A stretch of 62,758 nucleotides of DNA, counting the filler, from Deltaproteobacteria bacterium (GTDB taxonomy: Bacteria > JAUYMQ01), in assembly GCA_030698575.1 (NCBI GenBank). It is 10 parts of 10 records of this genome, joined end to end, with 100 filler letters (N's around TTAATTAATTAA, not from the genome) between each part and the next. Parts side by side here need not be neighbours in the genome. Positions count along the whole stretch, not along the records: positions 36,766 to 44,487 come from JAUYMQ010000303.1; positions 44,588 to 48,030 come from JAUYMQ010000335.1; positions 48,131 to 52,208 come from JAUYMQ010000341.1; 7 more parts are not named here. One strand, 5' to 3'. The translations under genes were made by a program, and so were the position numbers. How positions within the stretch are numbered: position 1 is the stretch's first letter; each line of letters starts with the position of its first letter. Below, one piece after another: positions 40,924 to 51,357 of the stretch. The notes below the pieces were generated by a model, which searched no databases, was not told where the DNA came from, and was given only the letters and a program-made list of their open reading frames with translations.

Positions 40924-42363
40924 TCAGCCTGTGAGCTTGCGGAAGATGTCGACGTACTGGATGAGATGCCGCACGCCGAGGAAGTGCACGATGGCCCGGC
41001 GCCGGGCGTTGCGGCCGAGGCGGCGCGCCAGATCGCGCGCGCCAAGCATGCGCTGGAGCGCGTCGCCGAACTGCTTCAGGTTTTTCGGATCGTCAATGAG
41101 CAGGCCGTGGATGCCGCTCTTGATCTGGTCCTGGATCCCGCCCACGCGGCTGGCGACGATCGGACGCCCCTTCCACATGGCCTCGGTCACCGTCAGCCCG
41201 AACCCCTCATAGAGGCTCTTCTGCACGACCACCGCGGCGTGGCGCTGGATGGCGTTCACGATGGCCGCGTTCTCCTCGATATCCTGCATGGGAAGCGAGA
41301 CGAGGTGCACCCGCGCGCGTTTTGCGGGGGGTAACGCCTTCCACGCGGCGATGCATTCCGCGAGCACCACTGCCCCCTCGGGATCATCCGAGACGCCGCT
41401 AACATCGGGGCCCACGAGCGCGAGGTGCGCGTCCGCCACACCGTTGAGGTGAGCGGCGAAGCCCTGCATCACGCCTGCCATGTCCTTCAGCCGATCCCAG
41501 CGCGAAACCTGCACCACCAGCGGCGTGTCGAAACCGGGAACCTGGCTGTTGCTGACGATCTCAGCCCGCGAACGAACGACCGCCTCGGCGCCGTTGTGAC
41601 GCCTGAAAATCGGCTCAGTGTCGCTGTGGCCGGCGTTCACGAGCCCCACGTGCCGCAGGATGGCGTGGACCGTGGCCCTCGGTATTTCGTAATTCTTCGA
41701 AGAGAACGGGTCGATGGAGGGCGCCACCGTGAAAGTCCGGCTCCGGTCGATCCAGGGCGGCGCATAAGCGTCGCGGGAGAAGACGTAACCGTGGGCGCTT
41801 CCGACGTACCTGCGCAGGAACTCCCAGGTCTGGCTGATCACGCCCTGCTGATCGTCGTGCCCGATGTGGCAGCGCCAGATCACGAGTGCGCCGAGCTCGA
41901 CCATCGCCGAAACGAGGCCGGCAGTCTGGGGATCGTGGAGAAGGACGAGATCACCCGGCCTGATGAACCGCCTGAGCTCCACCGCGTTGAAGGCCGACAC
42001 GGCGGCGTAGTGAGGGTGATCAGCCTCCCCGGGCTCCTCGCCCTGCGCCAGGAGACCGTGCAGGCCGTTGTGAATCCGCTTGGTGAGTGCGTAGAACTCC
42101 GGATCCCCCTCGATGACCAGCCAGCGCGCGTCGACCCCGGCGTCGCGGGCGTAGGGGAGGATTGAATAGAGGATCTCCGCGACCCCGCCGCCCGTGGCGG
42201 TGGAGTTCACGTTCCAGACTCTGATTTTCGAGAATCCCGTTCGCGCCCAGGCAGCTACGACCTCAACCGCGGCCATGCGCTTGTCGCCGATGGCGGGGCG
42301 GAACCGCTCCAGGGGGAGCGAACCGATATCTACTTCTTGCACAGGCGGCATATCAGAGATCAC
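40924..42363 (-). CDS. Trehalose glycosyltransferring synthase TreT-like GT4
   Basis: VNSTATGGGVAEIL, HDPQ, WRCHI, QVSRWDRLKD, EGFGLTVTEAMWK. Confidence 0.85.
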   Translation of the reverse strand: MISDMPPVQEVDIGSLPLERFRPAIGDKRMAAVEVVAAWARTGFSKIRVWNVNSTATGGGVAEILYSILPYARDAGVDARWLVIEGDPEFYALTKRIHNGLHGLLAQGEEPGEADHPHYAAVSAFNAVELRRFIRPGDLVLLHDPQTAGLVSAMVELGALVIWRCHIGHDDQQGVISQTWEFLRRYVGSAHGYVFSRDAYAPPWIDRSRTFTVAPSIDPFSSKNYEIPRATVHAILRHVGLVNAGHSDTEPIFRRHNGAEAVVRSRAEIVSNSQVPGFDTPLVVQVSRWDRLKDMAGVMQGFAAHLNGVADAHLALVGPDVSGVSDDPEGAVVLAECIAAWKALPPAKRARVHLVSLPMQDIEENAAIVNAIQRHAAVVVQKSLYEGFGLTVTEAMWKGRPIVASRVGGIQDQIKSGIHGLLIDDPKNLKQFGDALQRMLGARDLARRLGRNARRRAIVHFLGVRHLIQYVDIFRKLTG

Positions 42364-42407
42364 TTCGGCGTGGGGGGTAGTGAACTGAAGGAGGGATTGC
42401 CTCTGGC

Positions 42408-43337
42408 CTACTTCGCCCGTTGTAGGAACTCGAAGAATTCGCCCTCGGTCGAGAGAATCAGCCAGTCATTCTTATCCAGAGTCTTCGGATAAGTTTCTAT
42501 CGTCTTGAAAAACTTGTAGAAATTCGGGTCTCGCCCATAGGCGTCGGCGTAAATGGGCGTTGCTTCCGCGTCGGCGCGTCCGACGATCGCCTGTGATTTG
42601 CGGTAGGCGTCGGACGTGATCGACTCCAGCTCCCGTTCCTTCTCTCCGCGGATGCGGGCGCTGTCCCCGAGCCCTTCCGAGCGGAACCGCTCGGCGATGC
42701 GCTTTCGCTCGGCGATCATCCGCTCATAAACCGTCGCGCGGACGGTCTCATTGTAATTGATCCGCTTGAAGCGCATATCCACCACCTCGATCCCGAGATC
42801 GGAGGTGCGTTTCTGAACCTGCGTGAGGATAAGCGCCATGATTCCTGCGCGGCCGCTCTTCACCTCGCCGAGGCGCGTGATCTGCTCTTCCTTCGCCAGG
42901 TCGGGATCGATCTGGACCTCGCGATTGGTCGATCGCACTATCTCCACCAGGTTGTGCGACGCCACGGCGTTGCGGGTCTCGCCGTCGATGATGTCGTCGA
43001 GCCGCGACTGGCCGCCCCGTTCGTCCCGGAGGCGCTGGAAGAAGAGCAGCGGCTGCGAGATTCGCCAGCGCGCGTAAGTATCAACCAGAATGAAACGCTT
43101 GTCTTTGGTAGGGACCTGGTTCGGGTCGCCGTTCCACTCGAGGAACCGCTTGTCAAAGAAGTGCGCCTCCTGAACGAAGGGCATCTTGAAATGCACACCC
43201 GGGTTCTTGATCGGCTTCCCGACGGGACGCCCGAACTGCGTGATGACCACCTGCTGCGTCTCATCAACGATGAAGACGGCGCTGCTCACGACGATGAGCA
43301 CCGCAATCACAATCACTGCTGCGAGTCCGCCCTTCAC
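42408..43337 (-). CDS. hflC: FtsH modulator HflC
   Basis: VITQFG.P, PG.HFK.PF, TKDK, RMIAER..IA..FRSEG, FY.F.K. Confidence 0.93.
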   Translation of the reverse strand: MKGGLAAVIVIAVLIVVSSAVFIVDETQQVVITQFGRPVGKPIKNPGVHFKMPFVQEAHFFDKRFLEWNGDPNQVPTKDKRFILVDTYARWRISQPLLFFQRLRDERGGQSRLDDIIDGETRNAVASHNLVEIVRSTNREVQIDPDLAKEEQITRLGEVKSGRAGIMALILTQVQKRTSDLGIEVVDMRFKRINYNETVRATVYERMIAERKRIAERFRSEGLGDSARIRGEKERELESITSDAYRKSQAIVGRADAEATPIYADAYGRDPNFYKFFKTIETYPKTLDKNDWLILSTEGEFFEFLQRAK

Positions 43338-44350
43338 GATCCGTCCCCCTTCTCTTCCTTTGATCCGAACAGATTCTCGCCGAGCGGCAGCAGCGGGATG
43401 ATGTTCTTCGCCTTGTCGTCCACAATGATCTTGTGGCCGACTTTGGGAAGCACCTCTTCCATCATTTCGACGTACATCCGCCGGCTCGTGACCTCGGGGG
43501 CCTTCTGGTACTCGGCGTAGAGGCGCTTGAACCGCTCCGCCTCGCCCTTGGCGCGATTCACGCGGTTGATCGCGTATCCTTCGGCCTGCTGGACGGTCTG
43601 CAGGGCCTCGCCGCGCGCCTTCGGGATCACACGGTTGTATTCCGCGCGCGCCTGGTTGATCAGCTTCTCCTTCTCTTGCTGCGCCTGGTTGACCTCGTTG
43701 AAGGAGGGCTTGACCTCTTCGGGCGGCGTCACGTCCTGGAGGATCACCTGGTCGACGCGCAGCCCGGTTTCGTACTGATCACAGAGCAACTGCAGCCGGT
43801 CGGCCACATCAAGGGCCAGCTCGGAACGGCCTACGGTGAGGACCTCGTTCACCGTGCGATCACCCACAACCTCGCGCATCACCGCCTGCGTCATGTAGCG
43901 GAAGGTCTCGCCCACGTCGCGCACACGGAAGAGAAACTTGTAAGGATCGACGATGCGGAACTGCACGGTCCATTCGACGACCGCAACGTTCAAATCTCCG
44001 GTAAGCATCAGCGATTCGTCGTCGAAGTCGCCCACCGCGTACTGCGTGTTTATTCCCGGGCGCAGGGTGCGAAATCCGAACTCCTCTTTCATCTGGCGCT
44101 GGGTCTGCACCGTGTAGACGCGCTCGATGCCCATGGGCAGCTTGAAGTGGAGCCCCGGGTCGACTGTGCGGTTGTAGGCGCCGAGCCGGAGGACGACACC
44201 GACGCTCTCCGGTCCGATCTGGTACCAGGATGTGAAGATGATAAAAACGACGAGGATCACGACAACCACGGGAAACCCGCCGCTGGGCAGGAAGCGCCCC
44301 AGCCTGGGAACCCGGTACTGACTCAGATCAATGGGGCCCTTATTCGACAC
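43334..44350 (-). CDS. hflK: FtsH modulator HflK
   Basis: GVVLRLG, MLTGDLN, PPEEV...F.EV, A.GEA.RF, EY.KAPEVT..RMY. Confidence 0.93.
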   Translation of the reverse strand: MSNKGPIDLSQYRVPRLGRFLPSGGFPVVVVILVVFIIFTSWYQIGPESVGVVLRLGAYNRTVDPGLHFKLPMGIERVYTVQTQRQMKEEFGFRTLRPGINTQYAVGDFDDESLMLTGDLNVAVVEWTVQFRIVDPYKFLFRVRDVGETFRYMTQAVMREVVGDRTVNEVLTVGRSELALDVADRLQLLCDQYETGLRVDQVILQDVTPPEEVKPSFNEVNQAQQEKEKLINQARAEYNRVIPKARGEALQTVQQAEGYAINRVNRAKGEAERFKRLYAEYQKAPEVTSRRMYVEMMEEVLPKVGHKIIVDDKAKNIIPLLPLGENLFGSKEEKGDGS

Positions 44351-44391
44351 CCTGCTCCCCCGTGGACGGAGTTGTCGTCGATCGCCGGCTG

Positions 44392-44420
44392 ACTATACCG
44401 ATCGCGGCCCCTGTCAACAA
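44392..44420 (-). promoter_or_regulatory. Candidate promoter for hflKC
   Basis: Minus strand TTGTTG (overlapping TTGACA)-17 nt-TATAGT. Confidence 0.35.
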
Positions 44421-44487
44421 CCGGAGGCCGTCAGGGATCTCACTTCCGCCTGATCGATCATTTCAGGGATTGGGAGGCTCGGCTTCG

Positions 44488-44587
44488 NNNNNNNNNNNNN
44501 NNNNNNNNNNNNNNNNNNNNNNNNNNNNNNNTTAATTAATTAANNNNNNNNNNNNNNNNNNNNNNNNNNNNNNNNNNNNNNNNNNNN
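44488..44587. other. Artificial contig linker
   Basis: N run with TTAATTAATTAA. Confidence 0.99.
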
Positions 44588-44737
44588 AAGGAGTTCGCCG
44601 TCTTTCTGGGCATATACGCGCTGGGAGCGCTTATCTACATCGCCTGCATCGTCATCTTGCCTCTCCTGGATCGCGAGGAGGCCGAGATAGAAATCGTGAA
44701 TGAGGAGCGCGTCGAAACGTCTCCGGCGCTCAACTAA
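44588..44737 (+). CDS. C-terminus of a membrane protein, NrfD/PsrC-like
   Basis: Hand translation KEFAVFLGIYALGALIYIACIVILPLLDREE...* resembles the last helix of NrfD-family anchors. Confidence 0.5.
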   Translation, partial: KEFAVFLGIYALGALIYIACIVILPLLDREEAEIEIVNEERVETSPALN

Positions 44738-44909
44738 ATTGAAACACAACTCGCCCTGTGGCCGGCAGCCTCGGCGTGGGCCGTTGATATGGCTGCCGCG
44801 AAGGCCCTGTTAGGATCGGAAGCTGAATGAGGCGCACCTTCCTGCGTCACAATTGTCTGGTCGGAAGCTTCCGGCCATGTCCCGCTAACCGGAATGAAAG
44901 GAGACGCTG

Positions 44910-45278
44910 ATGCGAAACTTCAAGTTGGGCACGATCATCATGGCTTGCCTCTTCACTGCTGGCCTGCTCTTGGCTCCGTCGATGACGCCGTCGGCGAGCG
45001 CTTACGATGAAGTGGCTACGAAAGCCCTCTACGATGACAAGTGCGCGAAGTGCCACGGCCTGACCGGCAAGGGTGACGGCAAGAAGGGGAAGACTCTCAA
45101 GAAGAAGCCGAGGGACTACACGGACAAGGCAAAGATGGCTGAGTTCACCGATCAGGAACTGATTGATCAGACCAAGGAAGGCAAGAAGCCCATGCCCTCC
45201 TACGGCAGCGGCAAGAACCAGCTTTCGGATGAGCAAATCACGGATCTCATCACCTACATCCGCACCTTCGCAAAGTAA
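44910..45278 (+). CDS. Monoheme cytochrome c
   Basis: Signal peptide, CAKCHG..GKGDG, PRDYT, MPSY axial Met. Confidence 0.92.
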   Translation: MRNFKLGTIIMACLFTAGLLLAPSMTPSASAYDEVATKALYDDKCAKCHGLTGKGDGKKGKTLKKKPRDYTDKAKMAEFTDQELIDQTKEGKKPMPSYGSGKNQLSDEQITDLITYIRTFAK

Positions 45279-45336
45279 GGGAGAGTCGATAGATTCGCGG
45301 ATATGTAGATTGTGACTTCGGATAGGGGAATGGCCC

Positions 45337-45852
45337 GTGGGGAGAGCACTGTTCTGGCTGGTTACGGCCGCTTTCCTCGGGGCCATCCTTTATCTCAACG
45401 TCTTGCCACGTTTCGGTCCGGAGCCCCGCGCGCAGCCCATGCGCTTCAGCCACAAAGCACACTTCGAGGAATCGACCTGTGAGGGGTGCCACGTGTATGT
45501 GATGGAGCATAGGGCGGCGGGGACGCCCACTCTGGAAAACTGCCTGGACTGCCACGACGGCGTCCAGTCGGAGAAGCCGGAAGATCAGAAGGAGGAGGAG
45601 AAGCTGATCGTTTACGAGGAGGAGGAGAGGGAGATCCCCTGGGTTCCCCTCCCGCCTCTCCCTCCGAACACCTACTTCTCCCACTACCGGCACGCGACGC
45701 TCGAAGAAGTCGAGTGCGCCACCTGCCACGGGGACATCGCGGAGTCGCTGTCGCTCCCCGGAAACCCTCCTTACGAGTTCACGATGAAATGGTGCATGGA
45801 CTGCCACGAGGAGCACGAGGCGAGTAACGACTGCCTGCTCTGCCACCGATAG
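45337..45852 (+). CDS. Membrane-anchored pentaheme cytochrome c (QrcA/ActA-like)
   Basis: N-terminal TM, QPMRFSHKAH, five CxxCH motifs (CEGCH, CLDCH, CATCH, CMDCH, CLLCH). Confidence 0.88.
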   Translation: MGRALFWLVTAAFLGAILYLNVLPRFGPEPRAQPMRFSHKAHFEESTCEGCHVYVMEHRAAGTPTLENCLDCHDGVQSEKPEDQKEEEKLIVYEEEEREIPWVPLPPLPPNTYFSHYRHATLEEVECATCHGDIAESLSLPGNPPYEFTMKWCMDCHEEHEASNDCLLCHR

Positions 45853-45861
45853 GAGACCCGG

Positions 45862-48030
45862 ATGGAGTTCACACGGCGTAAGTTCCTCGCCTTGACGGCC
45901 GCAGCCGCGGGGGTGTCGCTGCTTCCGGTCGAGATCGGCGAGCTGGCCGCCGCGGTGAGCGAGAGCGAGCACCAGTGGCCGGGGCCGGGCGTCGAGACAT
46001 GGGTGAATTCCGTCTGCCAGCTCTGTCCGGGCGGATGTGGTATTCGCGTACGTGTTCTGGATGGCTGGCCGGTCAAGGTAAGGGGGAACCCGGATCACCC
46101 CGTTAACCAGGGCGGCCTGTGTCCGAAGGGCGCGAGCGGGCTCCAGGCCCTCTACGATCCCGATCGTATCCGGCGACCGATGAAGCGCGCAGGCGGCCGT
46201 GGTGAGAACAAGTGGGCGGAGATCTCCTGGGACGAGGCGATCGGCCTCGTGGCGGAGAAACTCGGGCCTCTGCGCGAGAGCGGTCATCCCGAGGGGCTGG
46301 TCGTGATCGGCGGGCAGTATCGCGGGCTCATGCGCAACCTGTGGGATCGCTTCCTTGCCGCTTACGGCTCTCCCAACTACGTCGCAACGACACTGGGCTG
46401 CGTGGCCTCGGACTCCGTGTTGCACTTGACGCAGGGGATCGCGGGCCACATTGGCTACGACATCGACCGCACGAACTATGTCCTGAGTTTCGGGGTGAGC
46501 CTCCTCGAGGCGAGCTGGTCTCCGGTCTGGCAGATGCGCGCGCAGGCCGAGCTACGCCAGGGACGCCCCGGCCGCCGCGGCAAGATCACCCAGGTCGATA
46601 CCCGCTTCTCGGCGACGGCCGCGAAAGCGGACACGTGGGTCCCCATTCGTTCCGGAACGGACGGCGCCCTCGCGCTCGGCATCGCACACGTGATCATCAA
46701 GGACGGGCTTTACGACGAGGCGTTCGTCCGGGAGCACGCCTACGGCTTCGAAGACTGGACGGACCGTTCGGGGCGCTCCCAGGAGGGGTTCCGCGAGATG
46801 GTGATGCGCGACTATCCACCCGCGGTGGTCGAGAGCCTGACGGGCGTCCCAAAATTAACGGTGGCTCGCATCGCGAGAGAGTTCGCGAGCGCGCGGCCGG
46901 CCATCGCGATGGCGGACCGCGGCGCCGCCCGTTACTCGAACGGCGTGTACACCCAGTGGGCGGTTCAATGTCTGAACGCGCTGGTCGGAAGCGTGGATCG
47001 GCCCGGCGGAACCCTCTTTCCTTCGGGGGTCCCCTTTACTCCGTTTGAGGCGCTTCCCCGGAACGAAATTGCGGAGCGCGGCCGCGGCCGGCCCAGGCTC
47101 GACGGCGTGGACTCCAGGGATGCGCCGCTCGCGGCGAGCAGCGCCATCCAACACCTGCCGCAAGCCATTCTCAGCGGAGAGCCATATCCGGCGGAGGCAG
47201 TCTTCCTCTACCAGACCAATCCTTGCTTCTCGCTCCCGAGGGAGGTCCGGATGGAGGAGGCCCTGCGGAAGGTCCCGCTCGTCGTCAGCTTCTCGCCCTT
47301 CATCGACGAGAGCACGCGTGCGGCCGATCTCGTGCTGCCCGATCACACGTATCTGGAGAGGTGGCAGGATGACCCGACGCCGCGCAATGTCGGATTTCCG
47401 GTGCTTGGTGTCCGGCGCCCCGTTCGCTCGCCCCTCTACGATACGCGCGCCACATCGGACGTGCTGTTCGCCCTGTCCGAGGCGCTTGGCGATCCCGTGC
47501 GCAAGGCGCTTCCCTGGAAGGACACCGAGAGCTTCCTCAAGGAGCGGATCCGGGGCGTGCACGAAGCCGGCCGCGGCATGATGGCCGCCGCGGTGGAATC
47601 TCCCTGGTACGAATCGTTCCGCAAAGCTGAGGGGACCGCCCTGCCGGCTACTTTCGACGAGTTCTGGGACGCGCTTCTCGAACGTGGCGCCTGGTGGGAT
47701 CCTGAGTACCGCTTCGAGGACTGGGGCCGAACGCTCAAGACGCCATCGGGCAAATTCGAGTTCTGTTCCGACACGGTTCGGGCGGCGCTGACCGACTCAC
47801 CGCGGCGCCCGTCCGCTTCGGCCGTCCCGGCCTCGGCTGAGAACACGAGTGCCACGGACGGTGAGAGAAAATTCCAGGGCTTCCAGCCGCCCGTAACCAT
47901 GGAAGAGGGGACGGAGTACCCGCTTGTTCTCAACGTCTTCAGGCCCACGGTCTTCTACGGCGGCCGGACGGCGAACATGCCATATCTGCTGGAGATCGCG
48001 GGCAAGAACCGCCAGGTGGGCTGGGAGTCC
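45862..48030 (+). CDS. Tat-exported molybdopterin-oxidoreductase-family subunit (QrcB/PsrA-like), 3' truncated
   Basis: TRRKFL, CQLCPGGC...GLCPKG, YDPDR, ISWDEA, GTDGALALG, ADLVLPD..YLE. Confidence 0.88.
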
Positions 48031-48130
48031 NNNNNNNNNNNNNNNNNNNNNNNNNNNNNNNNNNNNNNNNNNNNTTAATTAATTAANNNNNNNNNNNNNN
48101 NNNNNNNNNNNNNNNNNNNNNNNNNNNNNN
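48031..48130. other. Artificial contig linker
   Basis: N run with TTAATTAATTAA. Confidence 0.99.
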
Positions 48131-48973
48131 CAGGAGGCGCGCGACCGGCTCGGGAAGCGCAAGCGTCTTGCCACCCGTCTCGCGGATGGCGACGCTGAGC
48201 GGCACCGCGCCGGGGCCGGTCACGTTGAACACACCTCTGAGCTGCTTCTCGATTGCGAGCGCGATCGCCTCGGCCACGTCCTCCTCGTGAATGAACTGTG
48301 TCATCGGATCGAAGCCCCACATCATGGGGATGCGCTTGAGCTTCAGGTATCGAGAGACAGCCGAGCGCACGTAAAATCCCAGGATGTTCACCGGGCGTAT
48401 CACCACCGAGTGGATGTCGGGGTACTTCCAGAGGAAGGTGGTGGCGATGCTGTCGGTCTCGACGAGATCACGGATCTCGGGATAAGTGCGGCTTGCGTTG
48501 AGCGGGGCGTCTTCGTCGAGGAAGTATGGGTTCTCCGGCAGCGCGCCGTAGACGTAATGGCTCGAGAGAAGCACGAACTGCTTCACGCCGTGCTTGTGGC
48601 AGAACTCCATCACCCGTTTCGTGCCCATCACGTTCACCTCGTGACGGACCTGCGGATCGATCTTGAAGTGGCGGACGAAGGCGAGGTGCACGACCACGCT
48701 GGGGCGCTCCTTCCGGAAGATTTCCTCGAAGGCGCGCTTGCGGAGATCAGTCTGGTAAATGGTGACCTTGGAGGGATGCCCTTCCCAGGGAAGGCGATCG
48801 ACGCCGACAACGCGATAGTTGTCGCTCAGGCGCTGGGTCAGCAGCCGTCCCTGGCCGCCAGAGATGCCGGTGATGAGCACCGTCTCGGGCTCGGTTTTGC
48901 GGACGGATGCGACCGGCTTCCGGGGCTCCGGGGCCGACCCGTTATTTTCGTTGGCATGCTCGTGTTCGCTCAT
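48131..48973 (-). CDS. NAD-dependent epimerase/dehydratase family (extended SDR), 3' truncated
   Basis: VLITGISGGQG, VVHLA, NVMGT, SS..VYGA, QFIHEEDVA. Confidence 0.85.
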
Positions 48974-49021
48974 GGCACTCGAAGTGTAGCGTCCCGTGAA
49001 CCGGGATGGCAACGTGAGCCT

Positions 49022-49594
49022 TCAGGGCCGTTCGTCGATGGCCTGATTGGCCAGCCGATCAGCCTCTTCGTTTTTTTCGCGGCGAATGTGTGCCGCCTTC
49101 CATCGCTTGAAGCCGGCGAGGAGATCCAGGGCTGAGCCGTGCAGAATCTTCAGCGTTTCGTTCTTGACCTTGTAGCGGCCGTCGAGCTGCCTCACGAGAA
49201 GCTCCGAATCACTCCGGATAGTGATCTCCTCGGCCCCGATCCGCCGTGCCTCCTTCAGGCCGATCAGAAGCGCGGTGTACTCGGCCATGTTGTTCGTCAT
49301 CTCACCGAGGAACATCGCAACTCGCGAGACCACGCGCCCGTCCTCCGTCGTGAGGAACGCTCCAGCCCCCGAGAGCCCCGGATTGCCCCGCGAGGCGCCG
49401 TCGGTATAGAGGACCACCTTTCGCGCCTTCACCGGCCCCTTGGGCAGATCGACCGCCGCGGAGGCCTCGAGCAGGATGGCGCGGAGAGTATCGCGGGTGA
49501 GCCCGGGAAGTCTTGCGAGCGTAGCTTCCGCGTCGAGAGTCTCGGCCAGGGTGCGCAGCGCGCGGGCGCGCAGCTCCGGATCGACGCCGCCCAT
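49022..49594 (-). CDS. Ribonuclease HI (RNase_HI_like) with N-terminal helical extension
   Basis: YTDGASRGNPG, TNNMAEY, SDSELLV.Q..G.YKVK, HIRREKN..AD.LAN. Confidence 0.92.
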   Translation of the reverse strand: MGGVDPELRARALRTLAETLDAEATLARLPGLTRDTLRAILLEASAAVDLPKGPVKARKVVLYTDGASRGNPGLSGAGAFLTTEDGRVVSRVAMFLGEMTNNMAEYTALLIGLKEARRIGAEEITIRSDSELLVRQLDGRYKVKNETLKILHGSALDLLAGFKRWKAAHIRREKNEEADRLANQAIDERP

Positions 49595-49595
49595 G

Positions 49596-50321
49596 TCAGC
49601 CTTTCCCCTCTTCAGCTTCGGGAGCGACGTAAATGATGCGCTGGCAGCCGGGGCAGGTGTGGATCGCATCGTCCTTGAAGAGATCGTTATAGATCTGGCG
49701 GAGCAGCTCTCCTCCGCAAGCCTGGCAGATTGAATCGCGCACGCGGGCCACGGCTATGCCCCGCCTGGCTGAACGAACCTTCTCGTAACGCCCGAGTGTC
49801 TCGGCATCGATTTCTCCGGCGAGCCCTTTTCGATCAGCTTCGGCCGCCGCCAGCTCGCCTTCCGCGTCCGCGGTTCGAGCGCGTACCTTCTCTTCTTCTT
49901 CGCGACAGGTCTGCTCGGTGAGGGCCGCCGACGCCTTCGCCCCGGCGAGCCTCGTCTTGCCGGCGTCGGCCTCCTCCATGCCGATCAGGATCTGCTCCTC
50001 AAGATCTCCAATCTTCTTCTCCGTCGTCTCGATCTCGTGGAGCATCGTCGTATATTCCTTGTTCGTCTTCACCTGGCTGAGCTGTGTCTTGTACTTCTTG
50101 AGGCGCTCGCCTTCCGTCTGGGCTTCGCCTTCCCGATCGCGCCGGTTGTGCTCGATGCCTTCGAGGTGCACCTCCGCCGCCTTTACCTCGGCGTGCGCGG
50201 CATCCCGCTTCGCGGAAATCTCCGCGAGTTTTTGCGGCTGCGTGGAGATCTCCGCCTTGAGAGAGCCGATGAGGCTGTCGTCGTCCTGCAGTCGCCTGAG
50301 TTTATCGAGGGTCTCGTTCAT
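49596..50321 (-). CDS. Coiled-coil C4 Zn-ribbon protein (CT398/FlgZ-like)
   Basis: L..LQ..D, KTNKEY, long coiled coil, CQAC...CPGCQRI. Confidence 0.88.
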   Translation of the reverse strand: MNETLDKLRRLQDDDSLIGSLKAEISTQPQKLAEISAKRDAAHAEVKAAEVHLEGIEHNRRDREGEAQTEGERLKKYKTQLSQVKTNKEYTTMLHEIETTEKKIGDLEEQILIGMEEADAGKTRLAGAKASAALTEQTCREEEEKVRARTADAEGELAAAEADRKGLAGEIDAETLGRYEKVRSARRGIAVARVRDSICQACGGELLRQIYNDLFKDDAIHTCPGCQRIIYVAPEAEEGKG

Positions 50322-50413
50322 CTGTTTTCTTGTGCGGGACGTGGGAAGCGGTGGCGGCTCTGCCAGAGGAAGGACATGGGCACATAATACGCTGCCCGGA
50401 GGATTTGGCAAAA

Positions 50414-50490
50414 TGGTGGGCCCTCCAGGACTCGAACCTGGGACCAACCCGTTATGAGCGGGTCGCTCTAACCGACTGAGCTAAGGGCCC
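50414..50490 (-). tRNA. tRNA-Ile2 (CAT anticodon, lysidine-modified)
   Basis: Reverse complement GGGCCCTTAGCTCAGTCGGTTAGAGCGACCCGCTCATAACGGGTTGGTCCCAGGTTCGAGTCCTGGAGGGCCCACCA; C4-G69 and C5-G68 pairs typical of Ile2. Confidence 0.88.
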
Positions 50491-50509
50491 TCAAGGGAAA
50501 GGCGGGCAA

Positions 50510-50539
50510 ACGATAGCCGCTTGCGACCGGAGCCGTCAA
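50510..50539 (-). promoter_or_regulatory. Candidate sigma70 promoter for tRNA-Ile2
   Basis: Minus strand TTGACG-18 nt-TATCGT, 20 nt upstream of the tRNA. Confidence 0.5.
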
Positions 50540-50551
50540 CAACCGCCGCGC

Positions 50552-50668
50552 GGGGGATTGCTTCGTCGGGGCCTCTGGCCCCTCCTCGCAATGACATGCG
50601 GGTGGCGGCGCTGCTCGCAATGACATGCGGGTGGCGGCGCTGCTCGCGAGGACATGCGGGTGGCGGCG
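50552..50668. repeat. REP-like element with a 29-bp arm repeated three times
   Basis: GGGGGATTGCTTCGTCGGGGCCTCTGGCCC then CT(C/G)CTCGCAATGACATGCGGGTGGCGGCG x3 (third copy degenerate); same family as 19348-19437. Confidence 0.85.
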
Positions 50669-50719
50669 CACGGGAGGTGCGCGCGGTGTCTGGCGGTGGG
50701 GACGAGCAGGCGGAGCCGT

Positions 50720-51313
50720 CTACCGGGAGCCGCGCTTGAGTTCTATGAGGATGAGGCGGGCGATGGTCTTCAGCGTGTCGAAGACGCCCTTCCCGCCCCG
50801 GGCCACGGCCTCGAACTCGGTCACGTTGCCGGTCGGGTTGATCAGGCTCTGGAGCTCGGCAAGGGGCATCGCGCTGGGAAGGTCGCGCTTGTTGTACTGG
50901 ATCACGTAGGGGATCTGGTCAAGATCGTATCCCTGTTCCTTCAGATTCGCGCGCAGGTTCTCGGCGCTTTCCATGTTCGCTTCCAGCCGCTCTTCCTGGC
51001 TGTCCGCCACGAAGACCACGCCATCGACCCCCTTCAGGATGAGCTTCCGGCTGGCGTCGTAGAAGACCTGGCCCGGCACCGTGTAGAGGTGGAACCGCGT
51101 GCGGAAACCGCGAATCTCGCCCAGCGAGAGCGGGAGAAAGTCGAAGAAGAGCGTCCGCTCGGTCTCGGTCGCGAGCGAGATCATCTTCCCCTTCGCCTCG
51201 GGGTTCGTCTTGTTGTAGATGTACTGCAAGTTGGTCGTCTTCCCGCACAGACCGGGACCGTAGTAGACGATCTTGCAGTTAATTTCGCGTGACGAATAGT
51301 TTATGAAGGACAT
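50720..51313 (-). CDS. mglA: Small GTPase MglA
   Basis: [54 protein letters not shown]. Confidence 0.97.
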   Translation of the reverse strand: MSFINYSSREINCKIVYYGPGLCGKTTNLQYIYNKTNPEAKGKMISLATETERTLFFDFLPLSLGEIRGFRTRFHLYTVPGQVFYDASRKLILKGVDGVVFVADSQEERLEANMESAENLRANLKEQGYDLDQIPYVIQYNKRDLPSAMPLAELQSLINPTGNVTEFEAVARGGKGVFDTLKTIARLILIELKRGSR

Positions 51314-51357
51314 GCGGGACGTTCCCCGAAACTCAGTTTGTCTGCGCGTTACCGCTG

